Both the position numbers and the translations under genes were made by a program. A stretch of DNA of 64,000 bases from Lama glama (lineage: Eukaryota). A model generated the notes under the pieces. It was not told the DNA's origin, ran no database searches, and saw only the letters and a list, made by a program, of their open reading frames with translations. The stretch's first letter is position 1, and each line of letters starts with the position of its first letter. The DNA is taken from contig CM052817.1 in the NCBI GenBank assembly GCA_028534125.1, positions 21,330,001 through 21,394,000 on the forward strand, read 5' to 3'. Below, piece by piece: positions 42,402 to 56,029 of this stretch.

Positions 42402-42901
42402 NNNNNNNNNNNNNNNNNNNNNNNNNNNNNNNNNNNNNNNNNNNNNNNNNNNNNNNNNNNNNNNNNNNNNNNNNNNNNNNNNNNNNNNNNNNNNNNNNNN
42501 NNNNNNNNNNNNNNNNNNNNNNNNNNNNNNNNNNNNNNNNNNNNNNNNNNNNNNNNNNNNNNNNNNNNNNNNNNNNNNNNNNNNNNNNNNNNNNNNNNNN
42601 NNNNNNNNNNNNNNNNNNNNNNNNNNNNNNNNNNNNNNNNNNNNNNNNNNNNNNNNNNNNNNNNNNNNNNNNNNNNNNNNNNNNNNNNNNNNNNNNNNNN
42701 NNNNNNNNNNNNNNNNNNNNNNNNNNNNNNNNNNNNNNNNNNNNNNNNNNNNNNNNNNNNNNNNNNNNNNNNNNNNNNNNNNNNNNNNNNNNNNNNNNNN
42801 NNNNNNNNNNNNNNNNNNNNNNNNNNNNNNNNNNNNNNNNNNNNNNNNNNNNNNNNNNNNNNNNNNNNNNNNNNNNNNNNNNNNNNNNNNNNNNNNNNNN
42901 N
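42402..42901. other. Assembly gap (500 N)
   Basis: Run of N. Confidence 1.
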
Positions 42902-42906
42902 AATGG

Positions 42907-43311
42907 TTAAGGTTACTCCACAGAAGTAAAATGGACATCACTTCCAAAATTTGGGTTGGATGTTAAGACTGATGATGCCATACACACACCAAGAAGGTAT
43001 ACAAAGCTTTATAAGGCTTTCTGGGGACAGCAAGGCAGGCTCCCAAGCAGATGTGTAAATGGCTTGAAAGAATAGGGTAAGACTGGATTGTATTTTCTTG
43101 TGGATGAAGCATCCAGCTAGGGTGAGATTTCCTGTGCATGCATTTTTTGACTGTGATTTAAATGGTTTGAACTGCTCTTTAGTGCCAAAGTGGGGAGCAC
43201 TTGGGATTTCTTACTAAATTTCCCAGATGTAGGCTGAAGGTGAAAAGAGAATAGAGGGACTGAAAATCTACCAGTAGCCAAATATTAAAATTGGGGTCAG
43301 ACTGTATGACA
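42907..43311 (-). mobile_element. ERVL 5' LTR (LTR47-like)
   Basis: Starts TGTCATACAGTCTGACCCC on the minus strand and resembles the LTR47 consensus as I recall it. Same orientation as, and upstream of, the ERVL pol. Confidence 0.7.
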
Positions 43312-43734
43312 CCAACATGTTCTTTTTCAACAAATGTTGTTTTTATCATTCTTAGAGTGTTAAATTGCATGTCATATTTGTCAGTCCACAATCACAAGAT
43401 GGTGGCTGGACTCACAGGTCTCACACAAACATCCCCAGAAGGAGGAAGGGGAAACGACCTAAGTTGGCACACATTGCATCTACCACTTTTATCAAGTAAG
43501 AAAAAACTCTTCCAAGAACTCTTACTGCAGGTTTTCCCTTAAAGATCATTGAATGAAGCTCAATGACATGACCGTGTCTACCACATGGAAGACACAGAAA
43601 ATGTATTTCTCACTTTGAACACAGTGAGGGGCCCTCTTAGAAAAGAGAGGGTTAATGACTATTGGTAGGTAGTTAGCTGACTAGGGCAGTAATTTTTTTT
43701 AATATCTTTCTGCAAAGACATTGCACCATAGTTA

Positions 43735-44690
43735 ATCAACAGTTATAAATGCTGTGAATTGTTTTACTGCAGAACACATCCTATCTCCTACTGCTAAAAG
43801 TTGACAATATCCATCACATACAAACAGCTGAAGCATCTGCAGTGATTGCTGCTTTGACAGCACTGCTTCTTGTTTCACACACGTGAACAAGAGGAGGGGT
43901 CCAGAGAAGAAGCCCTTATTACATTGGAAACACACTAAAATCTCTCATCTTTCTGTTTTAATGGCTAATGAAAATGCAATTTTTAAGAGATCATTGTATG
44001 GTCACCTATGTAGCTTATCTTTTTGAAAAGATAGAAAGGCTTGACCCTGGATACTAAGCATTATCTTGTATCTCACTTTATATCAGACATAAATGATCTC
44101 CCCTACCTATCCCCAAAGGTCAAATAATCAGCTATGGGAAATTTTTTTAAAGTACATTTCTATTCAGTTATAGAAGCAAACAAGAAGAGGAGGGAAGAAC
44201 TGTGTATTTTAAAGAACCAGCATAAAAGCTGTCCACGTTGGATGTCACAACTGTGTATCTCAGGGCCTTTCCTTTCATACTTAAGAAACGTAATGCCCCT
44301 GAAAAGGAAAAGAAGAAATTCAAGCTATTAAGCACATGTTCTTTTCTCTGTGCCTCTCCATTGATTAATGCCCTGAGCTCACACAGCTGTAAAGTTATAC
44401 TGATGTCCTCTTTAGACTGTGCCTCACATGACTTTACTCAGAAAGGGAGAGAAAGGCTTATTAAGTCAGGAGTAAATGAGATATCTCATTTGCATTGAAA
44501 TATAGAGAGGACCAAAGAAAAGGGCTGTTTCTTCTTTGCCCAGTGCATTTCTTTCTTCATAATATGTGGATGATAAAATGGAGCTGGACATGCTACGGTC
44601 ATTTGCATTTGGATGTGCTTCTTATAATGCCTTCTTATGCCTCTCATTTCAAACACAAATGATACACTGAATTCTTATCCATGCAGGAGG
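43735..44690 (-). pseudogene. Cluster of decayed cadherin exon fragments
   Basis: SVYHLCLK...HIQ-NAND (44530-44690); HQYNFTAV and FQGHYVS*V*KERP (44200-44420); SLDPSS and FTAFITVD (43735-43920). Each is weak alone, but all are on the same strand. Confidence 0.4.
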
Positions 44691-45569
44691 CTATTAGACC
44701 ACCATGCAGTTTTATTTTGTATGCCGAGAACAAGGTCTGGCTTCCTGCTTTGGATTATTTTATCCTGTTAGAGTATCCACATGATTGAAAACAACCTTAT
44801 AAATAAAATATCCCAAATTTACTATATGATAAAAATGTTTTATAACCCATTCTCCTAACAGGAAGTACAGAGGTAGTCAAATGCCTTAAATCAGACATTC
44901 TTTACTACTTGGCTTAAAGCATTATTCACCAGAGGCTAGTGGTTGTTTGAACAATTATTTTAAATTAGCCTTGCTTTCCGGCCATATGAAATAAAGTGAT
45001 TCTTTCAAAAAAAATGGTTCAGGTGAATCATTACTCATTATGAAAACATTACAATAACAGGTATGTTTGTTCTCATTTTCCATCACATTCTTACATATAA
45101 AAGAAACCAAAACCAAAACCTTAAACCTACATTTCCCTACTGAAGGAGAATAATAATATTATTTCAGTTAGTGACTAAGTATATCAAATTAACAATCATC
45201 TCAGCCAGTAGACTCCTTGTGAATGGCGCTGAAGAAGATGGACAGTCCTAGAATCAGCAGAGAGCATTCCTTGCACTGGGTTACCACAAGCATCACACTA
45301 CAGGGAAGGCACAACATTCTGTCTTGAAAAGCAAAGTGGCATCCTTTCTCGCCTGGTTCTCCTACAATGTTGGATCCACTCCTGCTTGCTGGGATGGTAG
45401 CAGGTTAACTCCCAACCTGCTGTTTCTAGGTCAGGCTAGCCTGCCCTTGCCTGGATTCCACACACACAGACATTCCACCAGTTAATTACTTCCCCTGCTG
45501 AGTATTGTTCAAGAAGCTGCACCATTGTATGTCACACTCCTAGGTTACTATGATAAAAGAAGCACTAAT

Positions 45570-45704
45570 TTAATTTCCTATTGGAGGATATTGACTTAAA
45601 CACAAGCAATGTCACATGGAAGACTCCTTTAGGAAGAGAGTCATTTCAATTGTAAGCCTTTAATTCAAGGCCACCCATAAACAGCATTGAGTACGTGGGA
45701 CTAT
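45570..45704 (-). pseudogene. Possible decayed cadherin exon
   Basis: AG acceptor at ~45705, then ...LELKAYN*NDSLP, resembling VxDxNDNxP. Confidence 0.3.
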
Positions 45705-46411
45705 CTGACCCCAGCGAACAAAGTAACAAACAACTTGTTATTACAAAACATTTAAAATTAGATTACAACTCATTTCCAACATTCAGATTTTTAAACTTAC
45801 TGCTTGTTAAAATTTTTGGAATAGTTTATTTACATATTTTCTAATGAGTTTTATTTTATCCTTTTACTTAGCTTGATTCATTCATGGACAGATGTCTGGT
45901 CTTCAACGAAATCTCTGCGTAAGTGAACTTCATGAAAACCACCTAAATTCACTACCTTCCACTTCTTCAGCTCTTACTCATTTCTCACCATGGAATTGCA
46001 ACTCTCTTAGTCTCACCAGCGCTGTCACTAATTCCCAGTGGCAGAGCAACTGTGGGGGTGGGAGAGAGCCTCTTGTATGAAGCAGTACAAAAAATAAATT
46101 TTTGTTAAATTTAAGGGATTCTTAAATTACACCTCTTACTTCTAACCCTCTCAATTTAGGAAAAAATATATAAACAAGTGAGTGTTTTTTGTTTCTTTTT
46201 TTTAAGTTTACTAAATTTACTGCTTCTTAGTGAAAGTAGCTTTAGCTGTCTGGTCAAAATAACTTCCTAACTTTCTAACATTGAGTTGAAGAGGCTGACC
46301 CAATCTGTTTTGTGGCTAAAAAGAAAACAAAATCATGAGCAGACCATGAAGAACCTTTTCTGCAGGCAGAAAGAGGAAGTGAAAGAAGCTGAACTTCCTT
46401 CCCAAATTTAC

Positions 46412-46907
46412 TGTATTAGTTTCTTATCACCACTGTATTACCACAAACTTACTGGCATAAAGCAAGACACATTTATGATCTTCCAGATGAATGCGTAAGA
46501 CATCTTACACAGGTTTCACTGAGCCAAAATCAAGTTGTTGGCAGCGCTGCATTCTTTCCTGAAGACTCTAGGGAGTTGATTTCCTTGCCTTTTCTGGCTT
46601 CTCCAGGCTGCCTGTGTTCACTGGCTCTTGGCCCTGTCCCTCCATCTTCAAAGCCAGTGGTGGCGGGTTGAATGCTTTACACATCAAATGATCTCTGAAC
46701 TCCTCTTCAGTTTTCCTCTTTCTCTTTTAAGGCTCCATTTTGCCCACTCAAATAATCCAGAATAATCTCCCTATTTTAAGGTGCACTAATTAGCAAATTT
46801 AAATCCACTTGCTGCCTTAATTCTCCTTGTTACATAAGGTATCATATTCACAGGTTCTGGGGATTAAAGTGTGGGTATCCTTGAGGTACCATTATTCTGT
46901 CTACCAT
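46412..46907 (-). mobile_element. MaLR LTR (MLT1C/D-like)
   Basis: tgtattagtttc...accacaaactt...cacaggttctggggattaaagtgtgg...ctgtctaccata. Confidence 0.85.
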
Positions 46908-47009
46908 AGTCACACCTGATCACTGCTCTTCCCACCTGAGTGAGGGGTAGGTGAGGACCTAAAGGAATCATCCAGATGATATCTCCCTGTAGAAAGCTTG
47001 AGGAGTGGT

Positions 47010-47490
47010 GAATATGTATTCCTCCCACTGTTAGATTAATTGCAGAAAAATGTCCCAATTCTTTCTTCTCTGAATATACATCCACTGTAATGCATCTTAT
47101 CAAAAGGTAGATCCCATTTTCCCACTCCTTGATTCCTGGTAGGCCCAGTGACTTGCTTCGACCAGCAGAATGCAGCCAATATGATAGTGTTCTTTACCTG
47201 AGCCTATGTCTCAAGAGGACTTGGGTTTCTCTTGCTTCTCTGCCTTTGCCATGGAAACACACCCAGGATAACCTGCTAGAGGATGGGAGACAGTCCTACC
47301 TCTCCCTTTAATCCAACTGCCAGCGAGACACCTGCCTTCTAAGTACACTCAAGGTCACAGAACCATCCAGCCATCTCCACTCTAATTTGCCAAATCCAAA
47401 ACCAGTAAGTTAATAAATAAGTCAGTTTTAATGCACTACATTTTGTGGTTGGTTATGCAGGAGTGTGGTGGCAATAGATTTCCAGTACAC
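47010..47490 (+). mobile_element. Old MaLR LTR (MLT1-like)
   Basis: gtgacttgcttcgaccagcagaatgcagc...ttttgtggttggttatgcag. Confidence 0.6.
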
Positions 47491-48659
47491 ATGATATTAA
47501 ATAATAGTGTCTTCCTAAAATGAAGTTGTAAAAAATTTCAACCAGACACATCATCCTCTCACCTAGGAAAATGTCCTTTTTATTAATAGTCCACTTGCAG
47601 TTTCCTATTAGCAAACTGGTTTCATTAGTCTAACCTCAACTCCTCGTTCTTCTCATCTCTGCTACACTGAAGGTTAAAATGAAGCTCAGCCCTTTACTAA
47701 GGGCTCTCCAAACGATGGCCAAGTCTGGTCAAGATGTTATGTGTCAAATTTCTCGATAATTTATTCTAAAATAAACTGTGTTGTACAATAATTTAAGTTA
47801 TACTTTTTCCAACTTCACTAGCCTCGTTAAAATGTAGTATTCGCTGACTTTTCCAAATAATGTTTGCAACTCAAATAATGCATAATGCCATATGAATACA
47901 TATACATAATGTTTTGCTTAATGCATAATTGTTAGAAATATTTGGAGAATGGAGAAAGGCAGAACTGGACACCAGTTAATTTAATGGTTTAATTTTAACT
48001 CTATGAGTTAAAAACTGAGAGAGATGGGTTGGGCATAGTTCATGCCACACAGTATTGTGACAAAGAGTAAACTAAATGATAAGAGAAAGTGTTTATAATA
48101 CTGGTAGTCACATGGCGAATGTTTAACAAACATTGACTAAAATAAGTATTGCAGATAAAACTTATAATAATAACAAAGCTACTTGATAATACATAAAAAT
48201 TATAGCCTTTTATCTTTGAATTTCATAAGTTTTTGCCACAATATTTGACTTTTTATATCCATTTCTTTTTCAACTTAAAAGTAACCAATGCAATTTCAAA
48301 TAAATATTTACCAAAATTTAAAGGTATTTATTCCTTTTCCAAATTGTTCTATTTCAGTAATGGTTATTTGTGAAAATTCTAATGTAATTAGTTTTTATGC
48401 TTATAACTAGACTAGATGATATATAGAAACAATGGAGGGAGATAACTAAGAAAAGGTAAGGTAACTGAAATCGTGAATAATATCACATTTTTTAGAGTCA
48501 AACTGGCTTGGGTTTCCTTTGTGGCTCTACCACTCACTATTTTTATGCCCTAATCTGTACAATAATGTCAATGGTAAGCATATCTCTCATCAAGTTATTA
48601 TGAATATGCAGTGAGTTAATAACAGTTAATTGCTTAAAAAAACAGGCCCAATATGAATT

Positions 48660-48873
48660 CTGTATAATTGTTAAAGTCGTTTCTTTCACAGTGCTAAAAA
48701 TTGGAATGGAAAATTGCAATGACATCAAACGTGATCATTTCCTTTGCCTTTGATGGGGAAAAAATAACAAGGTAATAAACACGCAAATACAGAGGACGAT
48801 GTACAGTTAATAAGAGAATTAGAGTACGATAACAAAGAACAAATGAAATTATCCTCTTGTAGTCCACATGGTC
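48660..48873 (-). pseudogene. Decayed cadherin exon(s)
   Basis: Acceptor ttgcAG (48874-48876) then DHVDYKRIISFVL (LDYE..SFxL). Downstream ITFDVI and IPIFSTVKET resemble DVN..P.F..VxE. Confidence 0.5.
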
Positions 48874-49409
48874 CTGCAACGTTGAACATTCTGATTTTTT
48901 TTCACACTACAGTACCTTGGATTAGAGATCAAGTCTACTTCAATTTGCTCTTACTCCCAAGAACCCACTGAACAAATACATGAGTGGGCAAAGATGACTC
49001 TTGTAAATAAGCATCTCTTGACATATAAGTAACTAAAAAAAAAAAAAAAACTTCATATCTATTCTCCAAATTCTGTTCGGTTCTCATACCATTTCAGTTT
49101 TCTCAACTGACCAACTCAACACCATACACTGTCCCCAGCCTCCTTCCCTCTTTTCTTTTTCTTTCTTTCATTCTACTCCTTCATGTTTGAAATACAATTC
49201 CCACACTTGTTCTTCAGGTGAAACTGTTTCATTAAATAAAACAATACAAAAATAAATTAAATAGAAATCCTGGTGAATATAATTTTCTCAATCTTTTTAC
49301 ACCTAAGAATTAAATTAAGAACAATCATGTATTATCTCAAATTCAAATATTCAAAAAACACTATGCAGAGCTTAAGAAGTTTTTTTAAGGTATTATCGTG
49401 ATGTACAAG

Positions 49410-50765
49410 TGGATGCTCTGTATATGTACAGGCAAAAGAATCAAATTGGACCCCTATCTTACGCCACTCACAAAATTAACTTGAGCTAAATTAAAGACTT
49501 AAATGCGACCTGAAACCATAACATTTCTAGAAGAAAACATAGTGAAAAAGCTCTTGGACATTGGTCTTGGCAATGGTTTTTTGGATATGACACCAAAAGC
49601 ACAAACAGTAAAAGCAAAAATTTTTAGAAAGTACGACTATATCAAACTATAAAAGCTTCTCTACAACAAAAGAAACAATCAACAGAATGAATAGGCAACC
49701 TGCAGAATGGGAGGAAATATTTGTAAACCATGTATCTGATAAAGGAATAAGATCAAAAATGTCTAAAAACTCATAAAGCTCAGTAATAAAAAAATCCAAT
49801 TAAAAATGGTCAGAGGGACTGAATCAACACTTTTTCAAAGAACACATACAAATGGCCCACAAATACATGAAAAGATACTCAACATCATTAATTATCAGGG
49901 ATATGCAAATCATAAAACCACAATGAGATATCATCTCACACCTGTCAGAATGGCTAGCATCAAAAAGACAAGTAACAAGTGTTAGTGAGGAGGAAAGGGA
50001 ACCCTTGTGCACTGTTGGTGGGAATGTAAACTGAAATCACTATGGAAAACAGTATGGAGCTCCCTCAAAAAATTAAAATTAGAGCTACCATATAATCCAG
50101 AAATCCTATGTCTGAGTATATATCTGAAGGAAATAAAATCACTATTTTAAAGTTATCTGCACCCCCATGTTTACTGCAGCTTTATTCACAATAGCCAGGG
50201 TATGAAAATAACCTAAGGGTCCATCAACAAATAAATGGATATAATGTAGTAGATACATACAATGGAACATCATTCAGCCTGAAAAATAAGGAAATCCTGC
50301 CATTTGGAGTAACGATGCCTTGAGGGCATTATGCTAAGTGAAAGTCAGTCAGAGAAAGGCAAATACTGTATAATTTCATTTACATGTGGAATTAAAAAAA
50401 AGACATATAGAAACAGAGAATAGAATGTTGGTTGCCAGTGGCTGGTGATTGAGGGAAATAGACGTAGGTCAAATGATACAATCTTCCAATTATAAAATGA
50501 ATAAATCCTGGGTATCTAATATTCTGTGTTATGACTATGGTTAATAATACTGTATTATATGCTTGAAAATTGCTATGAGAACAGGTCTTTAATGTTCTCA
50601 CCACATATACACATAAATTTTAATTATGTGAGGTGATGGATGTGCTACCTAACCTTACCATGTTCATCATTTTACAATAAATAAGTATATCAAATCATCA
50701 ACTTGTACACCTTAAACTTACATAATGCCATGGTCAATTATATCCCAATAAAGTTGGGGAAAAAG
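49410..50765 (+). mobile_element. L1MA-type ORF2 C-terminus and 3'UTR
   Basis: aattggacccctatcttac...ttgagggcattatgctaagtgaa...tacaccttaaacttacataat...aataaagttggggaaaaa. Confidence 0.9.
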
Positions 50766-51270
50766 CAGATACCATGCAAGATGAACAACTGTTTAAACAT
50801 GGGAATAGAAATACTATGATTATAAAATTACTCTAGAAGCCTCTAATATATTTTACTCTATAGTCTTAAGTTTCAAGCCAACATAATGTGTCCAAATATC
50901 CTTGCACTATCTTTTTCAGCTCTTTGTATTTTTAACTTCTCTCTTATTGCCCTTATGTATAAAAATTGCCAACCACATACCAATTCAAGGTAACTTAGGA
51001 AGGTAAAATCACAAAGGAGGAATAACATCTTAAAAGGAGAGAGATTAAAGGGAAGATAAAGGCAGTCTCTCAAAGACTGCTAATAGTAAAGTTTAAACGA
51101 CCTTTGAGTTCCTGGGAAGCATTATTTTGAGAGAAATTTTGGTAAGAATAATTTGAAAGAATTTTATTATGTTATTTTAGACTATTTTTCTCCCTGGAAG
51201 GGGAAAATCAAAGTAAAATACTACACTTTCAGATCATTTTGCTCACTCTCGATGAAGAGAAATCACTTAC

Positions 51271-51321
51271 CTCATATTGGGTAGACTATTTCTACATTTA
51301 TAAAAGCCCAAGACAAAATTC
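51271..51321 (-). pseudogene. 51-nt decayed exon
   Basis: atcttcAG acceptor and GAG/gtaagt donor. NFVLGF / NVEIVYPI* resembles DxDxGxNAEIxYxI. Confidence 0.55.
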
Positions 51322-51354
51322 CTGAAGATATTTTGTTTAAGAAAATGTACATGA

Positions 51355-51475
51355 GAAAAAAATGTGACAATGAGTGTGTATATGTCCATGAATGACTGAA
51401 AAATTGTGCTGAACACTGGAATTTGACACAACATTGTAAAATGATTGTAAATCAATAAAAAATGTTTAAAAAAAA
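51355..51475 (+). mobile_element. Young, severely 5'-truncated L1 tail (camelid-type) with 16-bp TSD
   Basis: TSD aagaaaatgtacatga (51339-51354) / aagaaaatgcacatga (51476-51491); tt|aaga endonuclease site; AATAAA plus poly(A). Confidence 0.85.
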
Positions 51476-52588
51476 AAGAAAATGCACATGATATTTTTGA
51501 TGTTTTAAAATAATGTTCATATTTGGAACTTACATTCCTATAATGGCTCTAAATGACAACTGTATCTTGTACTGTAATTGTCTCATGGTTTGGCTATTTG
51601 TGTGTTTGCTATTTATTCATTTCAAATAGTTGTACTGAATTAATTATATCAACAGAATTAAAGTTGTCAGAATTGCAGTCTAGTTAAATGAAATAAACTA
51701 ACATAGACCTTGGCCAAATTCCCCCTGGTTGGAGTTGCCAGGTCTTTTAAGAATTGGAAATAATTTATCTTAGGAGACTAACAGCATAGGAGAAGGAAAC
51801 TTAACAGGTGATATAATGAAAAAATAAGAGAATAAGGCACAAAAATAATGAAAAATAAATATAATAACAAAATCATTAGAGAAGGATACGTAACTTAAGA
51901 AACATTTTCCTTCTAAGAAGGAAATTTTCACTCTAAAACTCCATTACATTATCATTAGGAGACTGAGTCACTAGTCACTAGGATTAAAGTTCTACTTCTC
52001 CAAAACATGGCTGTGAACCAAAGGTCAAAGTGAAGACAGGTAAATTAGTAGTACCACACTAGACTGAATTAATACATGGCTGGCCCATGTGTTTCTGCTT
52101 CCATGGCTTAAGCTCAGACTACGGACTGCATCACTTGGAGGGCAGGAACAAGTTAGTGAGGCAGAATGAGTGATGAATACATAGACAGAAATGTGTTGAT
52201 CTAGAAACGTGCCCAAGTAGAGGAAACCAGGCCTAAAGAAACTGTAGAGGAAACCAGTTCAATGCCTAGAGAACAGACATCAGTGATGTAGCACCTATTG
52301 ATATTCTTAGGTTTGAAAACAGCACCAGTACCCATGTTGAACTATTAATATAAAATAGCAGTGGGAGTATTCACTTTGATGGGTTAAAAAAATGAAAATG
52401 TAATAGGTCTACCAAACACCTGCTCATTAAGGAAGTTTGATCAGAAGTGTCATTTTCTCATCAAAAGGACATGGGTTTACAAAACCTGGTAGTACTAATT
52501 GTTCTGCAGAGCATAATACACCTTAAGCTACTATCAAGCATTTTCAGGACTTGAATGTCACTGAACATGCACTGTCCTCAGTACCTAC

Positions 52589-52745
52589 CTGCCACTTTTC
52601 CTGTGGTGGTTATTGATTTATGAGGTTCACCAAGCAGCTCCTGGTTGATTCTTTTGCACCCAACAGTGTGTGCGTTTTCTTTAACAGTTTTCCCAATTGT
52701 ACTTTGAAAAACTATTAGATGCTCATTTCTACCCACAAAGCAGGT
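52589..52745 (-). pseudogene. Decayed cadherin exon
   Basis: Open frame VGRNEHLIVFQSTIGKTVKENAHTVG...SITTTGKVAG matches DxNExPxF...VxEN..G...IxAxDxDAG. Donor CAG/gtaggt at 52583-52588; the acceptor is ambiguous (AG candidates at 52702-52703 and 52729-52730). Confidence 0.65.
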
Positions 52746-53039
52746 CAGTCCAGTATAAAATAACTGATAGCAAATGAACATACAAAGAACCTCAAAGCTG
52801 TTGAACAGAAGTCTTTTGAAAATCATAATTTATTTAACATGTGAAAGGCATTTACTGAGGGTCAACCATCAGTCAGAAATGGAGTATGGATATGAATACA
52901 AGCAGGACAGTCTCTTCCTTCAAGAATGTTATCACGGAGAAATTGATGGAAACAGGCAAATGTGGCTTATAAAAATGTGGAACAATTAATCTAAGAGCAT
53001 TTATTTTGACTGAGCAGATAAAGGAACGGGACATTTTAC

Positions 53040-53105
53040 AGATCAAGGTGCAGCCCTGTTGGTACTTCTTCAGTCAAAATATACACGCTCCAGCATGTTC
53101 CACTT
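53040..53105 (-). pseudogene. Small decayed cadherin exon fragment
   Basis: VYILTEEVPTGLHL resembles Y...VxEExPxG. Confidence 0.4.
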
Positions 53106-54035
53106 GTGAGGTTTTTTGGTTTGTTTTTTGTTTTAGTATCAGTTTTGATATTTGTACAATATTTTTCAGTTTTCAATCCTTTGGACACATAGTCTCATCA
53201 TTATTTCATAAATGTGTTTTTAATCAGTATAAATGTGTAGATAACAGGGACGAAATGCGTGCTGATAGCCATAAAGTGAAAATTTTACATATAAAACAGA
53301 CATTCTAATGTTAAAATAGTTTAGAGTTTATTCTAGATGGCTTTGGCAATATTACAGAACTCACACTGCTTTAGAAAGTGAGGAACTAGCAATCACAAAG
53401 ATTTCCGAGAAGGACTAGCTTTTAGAGGAGAATTGTCAGCCATTGCTTCGTTGATTTCAGTTTGATTTCCTTTCAAAGTGAGAAATTATAATGAATCACC
53501 ACCAATCAGCAAACCTGATTATAGATGTCAGCTACATAGTCTTAAAAAAGCACCTGCTTCCTGGGCAAGTATTAGGCAGCTGTGGGCAAGACTGGAACTA
53601 AGTAGTCTTGTGCCAGCAACAAAGATTAAAAAAAGTCCCATCTCTAAAACCTCTCCATCTGTAACGTATTTCTTAAATGGAACCTTAATTATGCCACACA
53701 CAATTGAAATCTAGGATTTAGAATATATTTTATATAGATTTAGGTTATTTTATATATATATATACTATATAATCAGTTATCAGGTTTTTGTTGACAGAGC
53801 TCTCATTTTAATGCAAAAGTGCAAGTTAAATATGAATGCATGTGTCCATGTATGTTTTGGATAACCTTCAAATTTTACTTTCTGATGTAGTGTTATCTTC
53901 ATTTCAAATTACTAATTTATAACTTTTTGCAAGGCTTAAAATTACTAAAGTTTTCAATTCAGCCCAGATGTTGTCTCTGCCCTTCTATAATTTAATTGGT
54001 TCTCCTTTATTTGGCAGAGTCCTGTGCCAAACCAC

Positions 54036-54150
54036 CTGAGATACAACTGGGGTGTTGGGGTTCAAATTGTCATTGTTAATCGTCTTTGGCTTGAGCATAA
54101 ACGTCTTATGAAATCTGTCTAGGTCGCAAGTTTGAGCAAGTTTTGACTTG
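54036..54150 (-). pseudogene. Decayed cadherin exon
   Basis: ttattttgAG acceptor and CAG/gtggtt donor. QTCDLDRFHKTF / QAKD / NLNPNTPVVSQ matches LDRE, AxD and DxNDNxPxF. Confidence 0.55.
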
Positions 54151-56029
54151 CTCAAAATAACAGAAATTGGCCAAAACATGTATCACCAGAGAGAGATCAT
54201 TTTAGTTATATTTCTCTGGATGCAATGTAACAGACAGAAATTTAGGTAAGATAATCTCTAGGTTAATACCTTTAATTAATGCTGTTACAGTAAAGGTTGG
54301 ATTGCTCTGGATGGGTAATTTGACACCCTTTAAAAATCTCTCAGTTCTAATATTTTGATTATAAATGTGACAGCTGGGATGTAATACAAACCTCTTTTGA
54401 AAATTTTAATTTGCTTAACAAATGCTTTTGGTATTGAAGATAAGGTAATTTAATTCTCTCTCTTTTTTGTTTTCTTTTTTGCAAAACACATGCTGTCTTA
54501 ACTCAAGGATGGTATTATTGATAAGATTTAGCATCGATGAGTGAGCATGACCACAAAGATCAACATAGGACCAACAGATCTTTTTGTGTTGTAAACATAT
54601 AATGATTTTACACATTATGTGTAAAACAATTAAAATTAAAACAAAGCAATATGTTTCAGTGAGGTTGCATCAACCATATGTATAGTGCAAATAAAGCACT
54701 GTGTTTTGTGTCATCAGCAAGACTTTTATATTAAAATCTACTACCAAACTATTTCAAAGTTTAGAAACATGATTCTTTTTTTTTGCCATCTGAATAACCC
54801 TCTTTTATTTTATCTCAGGTCTCAATAATACACTCTGACATGAAGAAAGAACCAAAAGTCACAACGTTTACATATACTATCCATCTTAACTCCATGTTTC
54901 AATGAAAAATGATGAATGAAGATGAAGAGGTTTAAGATAAATAGGAGTTAATAGCAACAGCAGAGAAATAAGAAGTGAAATGTGGAAATACTAAACTGAC
55001 CAAATAATGAAAACAAGGGGTGGATATTGGTAATCTCCGACAACTATCATATTGACTTTGTCAATTAAAATTATCATTTTATTATGATCTTCATTCACTT
55101 CAAGATTTTTCTTAGAAAAACTAAAAAAGACTACCTACTTTTGGAAATCATGGCTATATGACCTTCAGTGATTTTAATGAAATCTAAGAGTCATCAAATA
55201 AAAATTAAATAGTATGGTTATACCTGAAATGTAAATAAAATATTTATAAATAATATAGCTTGAAATATCATTGTAAACATCTTAATCTCCAAACAGAATA
55301 ATTTGAAATGTCCCCTTTTATAGCTATAGGGTGCTATATTTAGTACCTATAAAATACACTTTCCTTTGTAGATGTAATATGTAGTAAATATCTTGTAGTG
55401 ATATAATTTAAAAAGCATATTTTCCATGACCTGTTGTGGTAGTACTCCCACATCATTCCAAAAGTGTTTATGGACCTTTTTCCTATAAAACAATTATTTC
55501 CTCTAGGATAGAAATATGTTTATCTCCAACTTTTCACATTAAGTGATTGAGTTTTATCTGACACTTTGAAATGAGTTTAGATGCTAGCTCAATTAGGATA
55601 AGCAAAGAAATAATATCCTAGAACTGTGTATAACCTAGTTATAAAAGACAAAGATAAAATAAGTTATAATGCCGACTAGAACAATACACTTGGTGGTGGT
55701 GATGGCCCCTCTGCCTTTACACTAACTCAAACTTGCAGGATTCATCTAATTAAATATATTTAAAAGTATATGCTTCAACTATATCAATGCTGTTATATTG
55801 TTAAATAAATGTTTTCATGTGCTTCTTTTAGTGTTTACCATATAGCTTCTGTCTTATAAAAAATTTGCTAGTAGTGCTGTTAAAATGTTAAATGATAACA
55901 GCAACAAAAGAAATTCTTGCCTGTTACCTTATACAGGGTATACCAAGTGTACTTTTTACTCAGGCTGGAAGAGCATACTAACACTCGATATACAAGCGTC
56001 TCTTAAAGTATCATGTACATTTTATACTT

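Noticed and set aside
42178..42966. Long ORFs of 192-262 aa
   Set aside because: Artefacts of reading through the 500-N gap.
45190..45420. GC-richer island with a minus-strand AG acceptor
   Set aside because: No convincing cadherin motif or donor found; left unassigned.
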